DNA from: Williopsis jadinii
Lineage: Eukaryota
Length of the DNA stretch: 64,000 nucleotides
Assembly: GCA_024346625.1 (NCBI GenBank)
Contig: AP024666.1
Location: 744,001-808,000 of the forward strand
Direction: 5' to 3'
The first letter of the stretch is position 1. Every line of letters begins with the position of its first letter. Below are positions 10,457 through 21,657 of this stretch, in pieces. The notes beneath the pieces were generated by a model. The model had not been told where the DNA came from. It searched no databases and was given only the letters and a program-made list of their open reading frames with translations. Both the position numbers and the translations under genes were made by a program.

Positions 10457-11971
10457 TTAAAGGCCATTTGGCGTTGAAATAGAAGGGGAAAAGATCTGAA
10501 TCTTACCTTCGATGTTTCTAAGCTTCTCTTTTTCATCCAAAAGCGGATCTAATTGATGCTTCATGTAGTTGGCGAGATCGAACAGTTCCGTCAATTGCAT
10601 AGTGAATATGTCACTCTGCTCAATTTTGGCATCAGTTCGATAGACCTTGGGGAGAAGATGGCTTGAGCCCCTGGGCAGTACCAATGCTAAGACATGGATT
10701 GGTTTCAGCAATGCATCTTCAACGATAGGAGCTGCGCTAGACACATGGTCATGGACATGTGGTGCCATATCACTGAACATTGGCACATAACTATGGCCGA
10801 ATAACCAAGACGATAGAGCGGCGTTGTCGCCCTGGTAATATTTGTGTAGCAATTCCAAACCTTTGATGTAGTCCTCAGTGATCTGTGCTAGTTGAGCTGT
10901 TGCGATTGATATAGATTCAAAGAGGTACTTTCTTTCTCTCCAATGTAGGAAGTTTTCTCGTTCAACGTCGTCAATTTGTTCCTTGATGACGTTTTTCTTC
11001 TCCTTGAGGGAAAGAGATTGTAGCGACATTGATAGTATGATTTCCCTCTTGGAACCTTCATCCAAAGGGTATTCTTCTTTGAAATTGGAATATTCTCTCC
11101 GTGCCATATTGTCGAAGAATTTCGCCCAGTCGAGTACGGCGTTGTTATCGGAGACACAACAACAAAGACTATCGATAAGATCCATAAGCACTGGATAAGA
11201 AACTCCATATCCCAATGGAGTCTTCAGAAAGTCATTACCCAAAATCATGGATGCAATTGCAAACGCATGTAATTTAGAGTCGAGAGGCTTCTCTGTCGTT
11301 GTACGAATATTCCCAATTCTTGTCTGCAATTTTCCAATATTGAGTTGTTCAAACCTCTTTTGAGCGTACATCTTCTTCCTTGAATTGGGCGTTTCCCTCA
11401 ATAAATAAACATTGCAATCCCTCAAGAGTACTGCCATAACAATCATATCTGCGTCAGAGCTATAAATAACAATATTGAGTCGACTATCACGTTTGAAACC
11501 TTTGATATGCGTAATGATCTTTTGTTCTCCTTCTCCTGGACAATAACAGTCATCCAATATGACAGTCACGCCTACAGACTGGGATAAGGTTTCACAGTAG
11601 ACAGCGAGCATCATTGCAATTGAGTGCATCAGTTCACTTCCAGGTGTAAGTTCATGTGGATTCCACCCGTGTCCTGACGTCTTTGACATCTTCCTTCTCA
11701 TCGCCTGTTCCTTCAGCTTTGATACCGGGGGAACACCATCAAGGGCAACGTAGATCAACACTGTGGGTTTTGCCATGCTCACAATCTGTCCGATGTAGCT
11801 CTTCAGCGCTTTGTATACACCATCTTGGTCTTGTGTCCGGTGAAGAGCCGAGTGCAAGATAGACCCCATATCTATATAAAGACACTCACATTTACAAGAT
11901 GATCCATTCGCTACAGCAACAGTATCTGGCCATCTCCCTTGAATAATCGAATACAACTTGGGAATCGCCAT
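10457..11971 (-). CDS. Divergent, truncated Xrn1 paralogue (nuclease core only, about 504 aa)
   Basis: Start chosen at MAIPKLY (11971), which aligns with Xrn1 MGIPKFF; an upstream in-frame ATG exists at 12031. Motifs YIDMGSILH, ALDGVPP, TPGSELM, PGEGEQKI, YSSDADM, LGNDFL, DYIKGL, VLPRGSSHLLPKVYR and EKEKLRN are collinear with the Xrn1 core. Confidence 0.9.
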   Translation of the reverse strand: MAIPKLYSIIQGRWPDTVAVANGSSCKCECLYIDMGSILHSALHRTQDQDGVYKALKSYIGQIVSMAKPTVLIYVALDGVPPVSKLKEQAMRRKMSKTSGHGWNPHELTPGSELMHSIAMMLAVYCETLSQSVGVTVILDDCYCPGEGEQKIITHIKGFKRDSRLNIVIYSSDADMIVMAVLLRDCNVYLLRETPNSRKKMYAQKRFEQLNIGKLQTRIGNIRTTTEKPLDSKLHAFAIASMILGNDFLKTPLGYGVSYPVLMDLIDSLCCCVSDNNAVLDWAKFFDNMARREYSNFKEEYPLDEGSKREIILSMSLQSLSLKEKKNVIKEQIDDVERENFLHWRERKYLFESISIATAQLAQITEDYIKGLELLHKYYQGDNAALSSWLFGHSYVPMFSDMAPHVHDHVSSAAPIVEDALLKPIHVLALVLPRGSSHLLPKVYRTDAKIEQSDIFTMQLTELFDLANYMKHQLDPLLDEKEKLRNIEGKIQIFSPSISTPNGL

Positions 11972-12737
11972 GCTGTTGCTAAACACCTTTGTGTGCTCAT
12001 CCGCCGTTGGTATAACAACTCTAAAAAACATGCGCGGTTAGCGCTCTCGCTCCTCCACCGATGTAGTAGTAATAGCCGTAGTTATAGATTACATCCTATG
12101 CTTGGTGGATGGAAAGCATCTGGAGATTCTTCCAGCAACGCAATTGAATACGCCACACAACACAGCACCCAAGCAACCCAGCCGACTTCTGTGTCATAGA
12201 CTCAAACTCACAACCCAATCATCAACACAGGCTACAGGCACTGAGGTTGGCGAAGGGAATGCCCAACAAGACGTCAATCTTGACGCTTGATTCCGTCTCC
12301 CATAGAAAAGCGCGCGCCGCCTCTCCTAAGGTAAGGACGCCAACAAGGGCGGCGTGCCAACTTGGAAACGCACAGAGTAAATGTGGTGCGCACCGCATTT
12401 CGATACGTACGTTGAAACGGTTCTTCCTCTTTCTGACCCTTCGTATCTGAAACCAAAACAAGAGGACTCCATACTAAGTGACGGGTTATCGAAGCTAACA
12501 AGCGCATCGGTGGACAGAGCAACAGCAGGGGGGAAAAGCACACCAAAAAACACAGGAGGACTGGCTAGGCGTGAGCATATAGGAACCGTCTCTTTGTTTG
12601 GTGTTATTGTACTCACAGGCGTGTTTGTGAATCGTCGTGGAGCTGAGAGGAGCACGGGACAGAATTCTGGGATCAGGGCAATTGGTATACGACGAAGAGC
12701 GAAGCTGTTAAGCTAGCACATATACAACTGAACAGCG

Positions 12738-14480
12738 ATGGGGTTTCTCAGCAGGAAGCATAAGAAGTCCATTCTTGTTACGAAGAACCCCACTGGGGTA
12801 CCAACGGTGCAGAAGAATAAAGAGGAAGATGGGGTACCCAGCGCCTCTATGATCGCAGCGAAGGCAGCTGCAGCAAACATGAGCAGACCTACGAGACCAA
12901 CACAACCACAACCAATTCCTTCAAAGATCACTACAGTGCCAGTGCTTACACACCCGGTAACTATAAGAAGACGTACGAGTAAAGTGTCCCAATCACCATC
13001 ACAGACATCTGTCACGTCGTCAACGAGGGGAGGCAGTACATATCACAGCCCGGTGCTGTACCACAACGTCTACCACCCCGACACGAGCATTGAGAACCTT
13101 TCAATACATGACGATAACAACTCTCCAAGGCACTATCAACAGAGCGCACAGGTTGCAAGCTCGATAGCTGCGCACACGGCAATGTCAAAGTCCACCGATT
13201 TCTTGCAACCCCCACATCATCACCGTGTTTATGGTTCAAGTGCATCTACCAGTGCAATGTCTTCAACAAACAGTCTAGACTCTCACAATACTCATTCCAA
13301 GTTGAATAACAACTTTAGTACCGATATGTTCAAGGTATATGGACACCCTTACAACTTTTCAAGTGATTCTGAGCTGTACATGTCCGGTAACGACTCTGAA
13401 ACCGCAAGTGCAATGTCTTCAAAAGTTAACAGTGCTGCTAACTTACCATATACAACGCCTGGGAATGACCTGTCCTATTCAGTGTCAAACAGCTCACATA
13501 AGCTAAGTATGGTAAGTTCCATTGGTACTGACGACAAAAAGTCCATAAAACCAGTACCCATTAGGAAAGCGCCTCCTGGCACTCCTCCACAGGAGGCCAC
13601 GTTGATTGGATCATCTGCTGATGCGAGTCCTGTGAGCTATTCACAATTACAAAAGAAAAGATCTGGATCACCAAGGCGGAAACCTCCACCAGATTCCATT
13701 GCTGAGAATGAAGATGGAAGGTCTGGCTCAGCGTCAAGACTCGCTGTTGATGAAGAAGAGGAGACAATTCCAAGGTATCCGTTAGCGTTCGACGATGATT
13801 TCAACAAGAAGAAACGTCATGGCCTGCGTCAGGGGGCAAAGAAGATCCTGAAGAAAGGATTGAAATCCACAACAACCCACCATCACCACTCACACTTGGT
13901 TCCCCATACGCCGTCTGCACTTCTCGCAGAGCCTGAGTATAAAAGACCCGTGCAATTGCGAACCACTTTGAGAAAAGAGAGAAAACAGGATAAGTTTAAC
14001 GAGGACAAGCCTTGGAAACACCACTCTGATCGCTGGACCATCACAGACCAGGAGCGGAAAAGGTATGAAGGTGTTTGGGTCACAAACAAGGGGTCATACA
14101 TGGATATGGTTGACCCATCCACGCTGAACAACGAACTGGACGTTCCTGGAGCTTTGAGCACCGCTCTTAAAGCCACAATGCTACCGAACGAATCTAGCGG
14201 AAGCGATGCTCTAGGGCCTCAACTGTCCAATCTAATGCTAAATGTTGTTGCGAGAGAGATATGGCAAAGGTCCAAACTACCAAATGACCTGCTGAGACAG
14301 GTTTGGGACCTAGTTGATACCAGACATGACGGTACGCTGGATAGAACGAGCTTCATCGTCGGTATGTGGCTCGTTGATCAGTGCCTCTACGGTAGGAAGT
14401 TACCTAAAGTTGTTAACGACGAAATATGGAACAGCGTCTCACACATCGGAGTCAACGTCATGTTAAAGGGCAAGAAGTAA
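12738..14480 (+). CDS. IRS4: Irs4/Tax4 EH-domain protein
   Basis: Low-complexity N-terminus; LRTTLRK, FNEDKPWK and ERKRYEGVW motifs; C-terminal EH domain (IWQRSKLP...WDLVDTRHDGTLDRTSFIVGMWLVDQCLYGRKLP); syntenic with IML2, HEL1 and ARP4. Confidence 0.92.
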   Translation: MGFLSRKHKKSILVTKNPTGVPTVQKNKEEDGVPSASMIAAKAAAANMSRPTRPTQPQPIPSKITTVPVLTHPVTIRRRTSKVSQSPSQTSVTSSTRGGSTYHSPVLYHNVYHPDTSIENLSIHDDNNSPRHYQQSAQVASSIAAHTAMSKSTDFLQPPHHHRVYGSSASTSAMSSTNSLDSHNTHSKLNNNFSTDMFKVYGHPYNFSSDSELYMSGNDSETASAMSSKVNSAANLPYTTPGNDLSYSVSNSSHKLSMVSSIGTDDKKSIKPVPIRKAPPGTPPQEATLIGSSADASPVSYSQLQKKRSGSPRRKPPPDSIAENEDGRSGSASRLAVDEEEETIPRYPLAFDDDFNKKKRHGLRQGAKKILKKGLKSTTTHHHHSHLVPHTPSALLAEPEYKRPVQLRTTLRKERKQDKFNEDKPWKHHSDRWTITDQERKRYEGVWVTNKGSYMDMVDPSTLNNELDVPGALSTALKATMLPNESSGSDALGPQLSNLMLNVVAREIWQRSKLPNDLLRQVWDLVDTRHDGTLDRTSFIVGMWLVDQCLYGRKLPKVVNDEIWNSVSHIGVNVMLKGKK

Positions 14481-15224
14481 CAAGAAGAGCCTTCCTGCCT
14501 TTGCTTTCACTCCATCAATGTATATGGCTATACACCTAATTTTCTCTAATGCCTGTAATGTGACCTTTAGTAATTTGCTATAGTCCGCTCTTCTGTATAA
14601 TGCCGATCTTACCGAGCATTACGGTGTTTCTCTCTTTGCTAGCAGGAGGAGACCGATCGTACGCATGACAGACACAACGGGCAGAGCACTCGAGCTGCCC
14701 ATCGCGCCTAGAGCTCCAGGCAGCGAACCGAATGTGCCGCTGAAGATCAAGAGCAGTTTAGCTGGACACAACCTCCGCCTGGGTGCCACTCAGCGGCCTG
14801 AAAGCACTCGTGCGCGCCGGGGAGGAAGGACTGTAAAAATTTCTCCGTCTAGCCCCTTTTAAGTGCGGTCTGCCCACCGCGGGCTGGACTCCCTTTCAAG
14901 CACAAGCGGAGGACACGAGCTGTGGAACCAACGCACGCGTTGTAGGGGGAGAAGTGATATACGTAACCTCATACAGGTGAGCTTAAAATTGCGAGAATTT
15001 TTGAACTGGATCTCCTATCCATTTAGATCACTGAAAAAGGGGAAATACACCGCTGAAACCCTTTGTGAAGTGACTGAGCGAGCAGAGCACGGTTGGGATT
15101 CTAGGGAGGTTTGAACTTGTTTCTTTGTCACACTCCTCTCATCTCCGCCAACATTGCAGCCCAAATCACCGAAGTCCTTGTTTAGCAGCACTATTCTTCT
15201 TGTGGAACGCAGTTGGCTATAACG

Positions 15225-17459
15225 ATGCTTCGTGCCTTTGGATTTAAACGTGACACCACAATCAGTGACGATGATGCAGCACCACTCATCTTGCAACAGG
15301 CCCATGATTTTGAACTCGCTCTCCAGGCCATGGACTACCTCCTAGATGACCGCACGGATGAGGGTTTATTGCTCATCTCTGGTGAATCAGACTCGACGAT
15401 CAAGACTCTTGCAAACGGTGTGATCCATTTCCTCGAGGCCACGCTGGGGTTTGAGCCGGAAGTGATGCGTAAAGCTGGTGAAGTCCTGGGTAAAGCTGAA
15501 ACACTGAGTGCTAGGGACCGTACAAAATCTCAAAGAATGAAGTTGAAAACTTCAAAGAACTTCCCTCCTGGTACTGAGTACGCGGTGTGCTATGCCGAGG
15601 CAACACTGCTCAACGCATTGGTTATGCTGCTGAGTGAGTCGATGATTGAAAGCGCTAAAGCCCTACTCAAGCTGAGAAGAGCCTATCAGACATTGGATGA
15701 ATTGTTGGGACTTGTGAAGGATTTTGACAGAAAGAAGAAAATGCAAGGAAGAGGTGTTCTCCCACTGAAGAATGAAAGCACTCCTAGTCTGTCATCATCA
15801 GCGAGCTCATACTCTACGGATGTCCCATTCAATTTGTCGGATGATATGTTGAAAGACGCTCGGTTGGTTGGTATGGCTGATAAGGTGCAACATATGAGAA
15901 TCTCTAGACTTAATGGTTCTCATATCGGTAACACACCTGCAAGCGAGAGACTGCGGGTTACTGTTGGTTATAACTCTGAAAAAGTGTGCGAGTTGGAAGG
16001 AACCGATAGTCTCGAGCATCACTACCCTGTTAATCCAAACTCTGAGATGAGTACTATTGATGAATACATCATTACAGGTACCAATCTGTGTTTTGGTATC
16101 TTGCAACTGGTCCTTTCACTTATTCCACCTGCAATTGGTAAGGTTTTATCCGTCGTTGGATTTAAAGGATCGAGGGAAAATGGGTTGAAGATGATCTGGG
16201 AATCCGTCCAGGGTAGAAATATTCACGGATGCATTGGTTTGTTGGCATTGCTGGTATTCTACGATGGACCTTTCCAATTCACAGACGCAGATTTTGATAT
16301 CCCAGATCTATTCAACAATGAGCACACGTTAGGTACGAACTTGACCAACGAGGAGAGTGGACTCGATCTAAAGAAGACGAAATCTCTGAGAATTATGCGT
16401 ACAGAGAGTCGTGCCTTCCAAGGATTGGGTAAACCAACATTGCTACACCCTGGTAAGAAGTTGGAGGATGCTCTTCTCTACGCAAGAGCACTCTTCCCTC
16501 ACTCTGCGTTGTGGTTGTTACAAGAAGCTCGTATGCTTGCATCCAGAGGTCGTCTCGAAGAGTCTTTACAACTCATGGATAGTATTGAACGTGATGTGAA
16601 GATGGTGCAAGTTGAAGCACTTCTTGTGTTTGACCGAGTCATGGTGCTCATGTTCTTGCACAAGTATGAAAGAGCTGCACAGGATATTCCAAAGTTACTC
16701 TCTTTGAACGCTTGGTCCCCAGGTCTGTACACTTACATTGCAGCCTCGTGTTATGTTGAACTGTACCGTATGTGTAAAGCTGGCTTAATTGAGGATGAAG
16801 AAACATTGGCAAGAAAGGATGAATTTGCCAAAAAAGCCCAAGAGCTGTTGTTGAAAGTCACCGGGTTGGTCAAGAGCGGTAAGAAGACCATGCCTTTCGA
16901 CAAGTTCTTATTGCGTAAGATGGGTGAATATCAGGAGAATGTCAGACGCTATAAGGTGGATCTCATAGATGCTATTGGAACTTCACCAACACACGAGCTG
17001 ATGTACTTTTGGAACGGCTATAACCGTATGCCTGAAAAGGATCTTAGACTGGCACAAGTTCTTTTGGACTACAGTGTATCCGATCACTCTGCTATTCCAG
17101 AGCATGAAAACCACAGCATGATCCGTAGCTTGTTGCAAGCGATCACACTCCGTCGTTTGGGCAATATCGATGAAGGGCTGGCTATCTTGGATAAAAAAGT
17201 CATCAAGAACATCATTGTTCTACAACCAAACGTGAGAAAGGAACCGTATAAGTACATCCATCATACAGAAGATCCGTGGTTATACCCTACAGCGATGTAT
17301 GAGAGGGCGCTGTTCGTCTGGAAACAGATTGGAGTCGATGGATTAGAGACCTCGAAGGAATGGCTGGTATACGCCCAAGGCTATGCAGATGATTATGAGT
17401 TGAGTACGAGGGTGAGTATGAAGATTAAAGCTGCAACTGATAGATTAGAAGCACTATAA
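15225..17459 (+). CDS. IML2: Iml2 / TTC39-family TPR protein
   Basis: First ATG at 15225; motifs ALQAMDYLLDDR, FLEATLGFEPE, FWNGYNRM and DDYELSTRVSMKIKAA; synteny. Confidence 0.92.
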   Translation: MLRAFGFKRDTTISDDDAAPLILQQAHDFELALQAMDYLLDDRTDEGLLLISGESDSTIKTLANGVIHFLEATLGFEPEVMRKAGEVLGKAETLSARDRTKSQRMKLKTSKNFPPGTEYAVCYAEATLLNALVMLLSESMIESAKALLKLRRAYQTLDELLGLVKDFDRKKKMQGRGVLPLKNESTPSLSSSASSYSTDVPFNLSDDMLKDARLVGMADKVQHMRISRLNGSHIGNTPASERLRVTVGYNSEKVCELEGTDSLEHHYPVNPNSEMSTIDEYIITGTNLCFGILQLVLSLIPPAIGKVLSVVGFKGSRENGLKMIWESVQGRNIHGCIGLLALLVFYDGPFQFTDADFDIPDLFNNEHTLGTNLTNEESGLDLKKTKSLRIMRTESRAFQGLGKPTLLHPGKKLEDALLYARALFPHSALWLLQEARMLASRGRLEESLQLMDSIERDVKMVQVEALLVFDRVMVLMFLHKYERAAQDIPKLLSLNAWSPGLYTYIAASCYVELYRMCKAGLIEDEETLARKDEFAKKAQELLLKVTGLVKSGKKTMPFDKFLLRKMGEYQENVRRYKVDLIDAIGTSPTHELMYFWNGYNRMPEKDLRLAQVLLDYSVSDHSAIPEHENHSMIRSLLQAITLRRLGNIDEGLAILDKKVIKNIIVLQPNVRKEPYKYIHHTEDPWLYPTAMYERALFVWKQIGVDGLETSKEWLVYAQGYADDYELSTRVSMKIKAATDRLEAL

Positions 17460-17709
17460 AGTGCACAAACGTTTTATATCTTTGATTATCATTATTACTT
17501 CTTTTACCATCGTCTTAGCGTAAAGATTTCCTCAAGATTATAGATATTGCTCGTAAAAGTTGGCCTTGATTCCCTGCTTCTCTAGGCGTAATTGGCCTTT
17601 CAAATGTGCCGTCGCGGGCTCTTTTCCCGTCTTTCCAAGCTAAAGAGAATGGCAACAGAACAAACCTTTTGAGCCGATACAGTTGGTACCTTCTTGAGCA
17701 GTGGCAACC

Positions 17710-19215
17710 ATGAGCGATGAAGAATTCGAATATACCGACGATTCCGACTCACTTTACTCAGACTCAGTTGATGACGATAACTTCAAGATTGAAGACTCCT
17801 TGGTGAAGCACGACATTGTGCAGTACAAGCAGCATACAACGCGCGAGATGATGGAGACGTTACACAAGAAATGCACAAAGTTGAGCGAAGTGCTAGGGAA
17901 ACCTCACGACTACGTGGTGACATTGCTACAGAGCTATAAGTGGAACTCCGAAAAGCTCATAGAGGATTATATGGAAGATCCTGAAGATGTCGAGCTTCGA
18001 TTGGGACTGTCTACAGTGAAGCTTAGTGGCGAACATCATGACAACACTGGTCTTCAAACGTACACAGAAGAGGCTCCATTTTCATGCTTCATATGTTGTG
18101 AGGACAAGCTCGAGTCCTACAAGTTGAAATGTGGACATGAGTTTTGTCTTGATTGTTATAGAACGTACTTGAATGAGAAGGTGAAACAGGCCAACGTGAT
18201 AAAGTGTCCCAGCTGTGACGTTGCACTTACACCAGGTGATATCGATACCATCAGTGGGACAAATGGGAGCTCCGTACTCCTAGAAAACTCAATCAAGGAG
18301 TACGTCGAACGTCATAAGACTTACAAATGGTGTCCTTCACCTGACTGTAATGCGATTGTTGAAGTATTGAACTCATCGGACATAGCCCACTTAGTGGATA
18401 CCAACCAAATACCCATTGTGATCTGCAGCAATGGACACAGGTTCTGTTTCAACTGTGGATTCGAATCCCATGTTCCAGCACCGTGTAATGTGACCAAACA
18501 ATGGATAAACAAGTGTAAAGATGACAGTGAGACTGTGAAATGGATCACAACGCATACAAAGACATGTCCCAAATGTGACACATCTATCGAAAAGAATGGT
18601 GGTTGTAACCATATGACTTGTAGGAAATGTGCATATGAGTTTTGTTGGATTTGTCTAGGAACATGGGATAACCATAACAACCAGTACTACCAATGCAATA
18701 GGTATCAGTACGAACAAGCAGAGAAGAACAACAAATCAGCAAAGGATAAAAAGCTTCAAGATGAAGCTACAAAGAAGTCTTTACAGAGGTATTTGCATTA
18801 TTATAACCTGTTCAACATTCACGAAATCTCCACAAAGCAGGATAAATCACGGTGTGACGTTGTTGAGAACACTGTGAGAGAAGTACAAGAGGGCGTTGGT
18901 ATCTCATGGATAGAGGCACAATTCTTAGTTGATAGTGCCTCAACTCTGCTCAATGCCAGAAGAGTCTTGAAATGGTCGTACGCAGTGGCATTCTACTGTG
19001 ATCGAGGTTATTCGCTGGACCTTTTTGAGACCGTTCAGGCCGGACTTGCAGATGCCGTTGAAGCCCTCAGTTTACTGTTTGAAATATCCGATGTTGAAGT
19101 GATTGCAAAGAAGAAGCTCAACTTTCTGAATGCTTCAAAGTTACTGGAGGATAGGCAAAGGGCCATGGTACTTGCTACGGAAGAAACTATCAATAATGGC
19201 ACCCTACGCCTCTAA
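17710..19215 (+). CDS. HEL1: Ariadne-type RBR E3 ubiquitin ligase Hel1
   Basis: Acidic N-terminus, RING1 (CFICC...CGHEFC), IBR (WCPSPDC), RING2 (CPKC...IEKNGGCNHMTC) and an Ariadne domain; synteny. Confidence 0.9.
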   Translation: MSDEEFEYTDDSDSLYSDSVDDDNFKIEDSLVKHDIVQYKQHTTREMMETLHKKCTKLSEVLGKPHDYVVTLLQSYKWNSEKLIEDYMEDPEDVELRLGLSTVKLSGEHHDNTGLQTYTEEAPFSCFICCEDKLESYKLKCGHEFCLDCYRTYLNEKVKQANVIKCPSCDVALTPGDIDTISGTNGSSVLLENSIKEYVERHKTYKWCPSPDCNAIVEVLNSSDIAHLVDTNQIPIVICSNGHRFCFNCGFESHVPAPCNVTKQWINKCKDDSETVKWITTHTKTCPKCDTSIEKNGGCNHMTCRKCAYEFCWICLGTWDNHNNQYYQCNRYQYEQAEKNNKSAKDKKLQDEATKKSLQRYLHYYNLFNIHEISTKQDKSRCDVVENTVREVQEGVGISWIEAQFLVDSASTLLNARRVLKWSYAVAFYCDRGYSLDLFETVQAGLADAVEALSLLFEISDVEVIAKKKLNFLNASKLLEDRQRAMVLATEETINNGTLRL

Positions 19216-19278
19216 CAATGTAATCATCTCGATGATTTATCATCAGCAGTCATGTAATGTAGTTTTCACCTAATAAAA

Positions 19279-20794
19279 TCATCTAAATCTTTGTGCAAGG
19301 AGTCTATCAACACCAACTTCCTCAAATTCCTTTTTACTGACCCATAGTTGATGGAAAGTACCCAAACTACTCAACACGCTACCACCAATCCAGCTTTGGA
19401 ATTTTCTTTCCGCAGATGATCCAGTTGCATGAACACGAATCTTCAGGCCAGGATGTAACTGCGATAGCTCGACAAACAATCTCTCGTTCAATCCTGTGAT
19501 CAAAGATGAAGCACCTGTCACCACAATGTTATGTGCCAATTGTGCTCTTATATCAACATCGACAAGTGACAGAGCATGTGATGTCAACTCAGTTAGTCCT
19601 CTATGAGTAACAGTGACTTTGGATGATTCCTTTGGACCATCCTCTTCATCATTTGTCTTCTTAAATGAACGTTTGATTGGAACGTAATCGTTCTTAGATT
19701 CAATTTCAGGTTCACCAGACTCAGCTGGGAATTCAGGAATTTCGTAGTTTATTGGGTTAAACAGTGAGTCACCAACTTCGAATCTTTCCTTTGATAAGTC
19801 GAAACGGTGTCCATTTGGTAATTCATAGGAACGCGTTGGATATTTCTCTTCAAATTCTTCTTTGGACAATTCTTCACCCTTTGGAATTGGTTCACGGGGG
19901 ATCTTCAAGAGGTATTCCTTCATCTGATGAACCGTTTGCTCGATTTGGTAATCGTCATATGATTTTGTAATATTTTCGAACTGGGTTGGAACCCATCTAG
20001 GTTCTTCATTTGGTGCTGTAAGCACTTTCGATTTCACCTTGTACAGCGGAACTATATCAGTTTGGATACGCTTTTTCAGCTGTTCAGATAGATATCTACC
20101 TGCGTAATGAGTCTTTAACGTTGTCTTTGCCAAACACATTCCATCGACAACAGGTGTTACTGACACAACGTCATGTCCAACATCAACGACTAAAGCGGAT
20201 GGACGGCCTTGAGCAAACGCGACACAAGTTGGCGACGACGCCAAGTAGAAACCAGGGAATTGGAACTGTTCAAGAGCCACTTCGAGCGACTTCTCACGGT
20301 TTTTAGCGGAATTCCAAACCGGCTCTGTCAAGAGTAAGGGTTGTTCTGCAAAATCAACACGTAAATCATCAAATATGTATTGCCATTGTTCCACGGCGGA
20401 GTCCCAGTCTTGTATGAGTCCGTCTTTAACTATTGGGCTCAACTCAGCACCTGGCTTGGGGTAATTTAAAGCCGTTTCCGAATAGTAAGTGTTGGATCTC
20501 TTTGTCAACTTCTTCTTTCCCAGGTTGTTATCATCATTATCATCTACCTCCATTGCATCTGAAGATTCTTGTGAAGTGCCCACGTACGATGGGGTTATGA
20601 TTCTGGGGAAATCATCACCTGCATAACCTGCTCGTGTGGTTTGGGAGCCTGGATCTAGTACTATAGCAGCAACTTCGTCTAGTTACCATCGGCGAGGGTT
20701 GTTCGTCAGTATAATGTATATGGGTAGTGAAGCGTAATCAGGGTCTCAACTTACCACCACCATAAACCTGTAGTAGGGAGTTGTTTTGAGCCAT
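19279..20794 (-). CDS. ARP4: Nuclear actin-related protein Arp4; join(20755..20794,19279..20678), 479 aa
   Basis: Intron 20679..20754 (GTAAGT...TACTGAC...TAG). Splicing restores LQVYGGDEVAAIVLDPGS; C-terminus is WIGGSVLSSLGTFHQLW...RFR. Confidence 0.95.
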
Positions 20795-21657
20795 TGTTCT
20801 TGAAATGTTTCCCACTGATGCAACCTGGTCCTCGAGTCTTTACAAATGAGCTGGCACACACCACAATGTTTAGAAAGAGTTGTTGTTGTTGTTGTTATTG
20901 TTGTTGAAGATGGGTTTTCGACGAAGGGAGCACACGAAAATAAACATCCACACACCGCGTGGAATCCACAAAAACGGTCAATTACGGTACGAGCAGCATG
21001 CGAGAAAGAAAGGATCAAGCGCACTCCTCTGATTTCGACATCCAGACACCACTCTTCCTTCTTCTTTGCCTGTTTCCTCTTTTCTTTTTCCCTTCCCCTA
21101 CTTTGACGCTGGTGTGTTCTAAAATTTCTTTTTGCAATGGGCGAAAACGTAAAACAAATTGGTATAAAAACCGAAAACGCAGAATCTACGCACACAGAAG
21201 GAGGAGGTGTTCTTATTTTTTGCGAGGTTTTGCCCTCTTTATCTTCCCTTTTGGCTTACGTTTCTACAAACAGACAAAACGGCAAAAACACACAACCTGC
21301 TGAACCAAACAGCTCAAACGACAAATTCATAGTGAGGTGAAATTTTTTGCCTTTACAAGAAAGCGAAAACGAGAACGGAAACGTACACGTACACACAGGC
21401 TTAAATATCTTGAGAGAAAGTGAAGTGTGAGACCTTTTTTTTCCGTCCATTTTAGTTCAATTTCCCATTTTGTCTTCGCATCCCCTTTTTTCCCTGTCTG
21501 CTTTCTGTTCAACAAGTTTTAGTACAAACCAAAACTCCCTCATCAAGTTTTAGGGCACAAGTTATTGTTTTGATACCACAAAGGGGTCTGAGAATCATCG
21601 TCACCCACAGAAACCACCAGAAGAGCAAGAAAAGAGCACCTTTCCAAAGAACACAAC

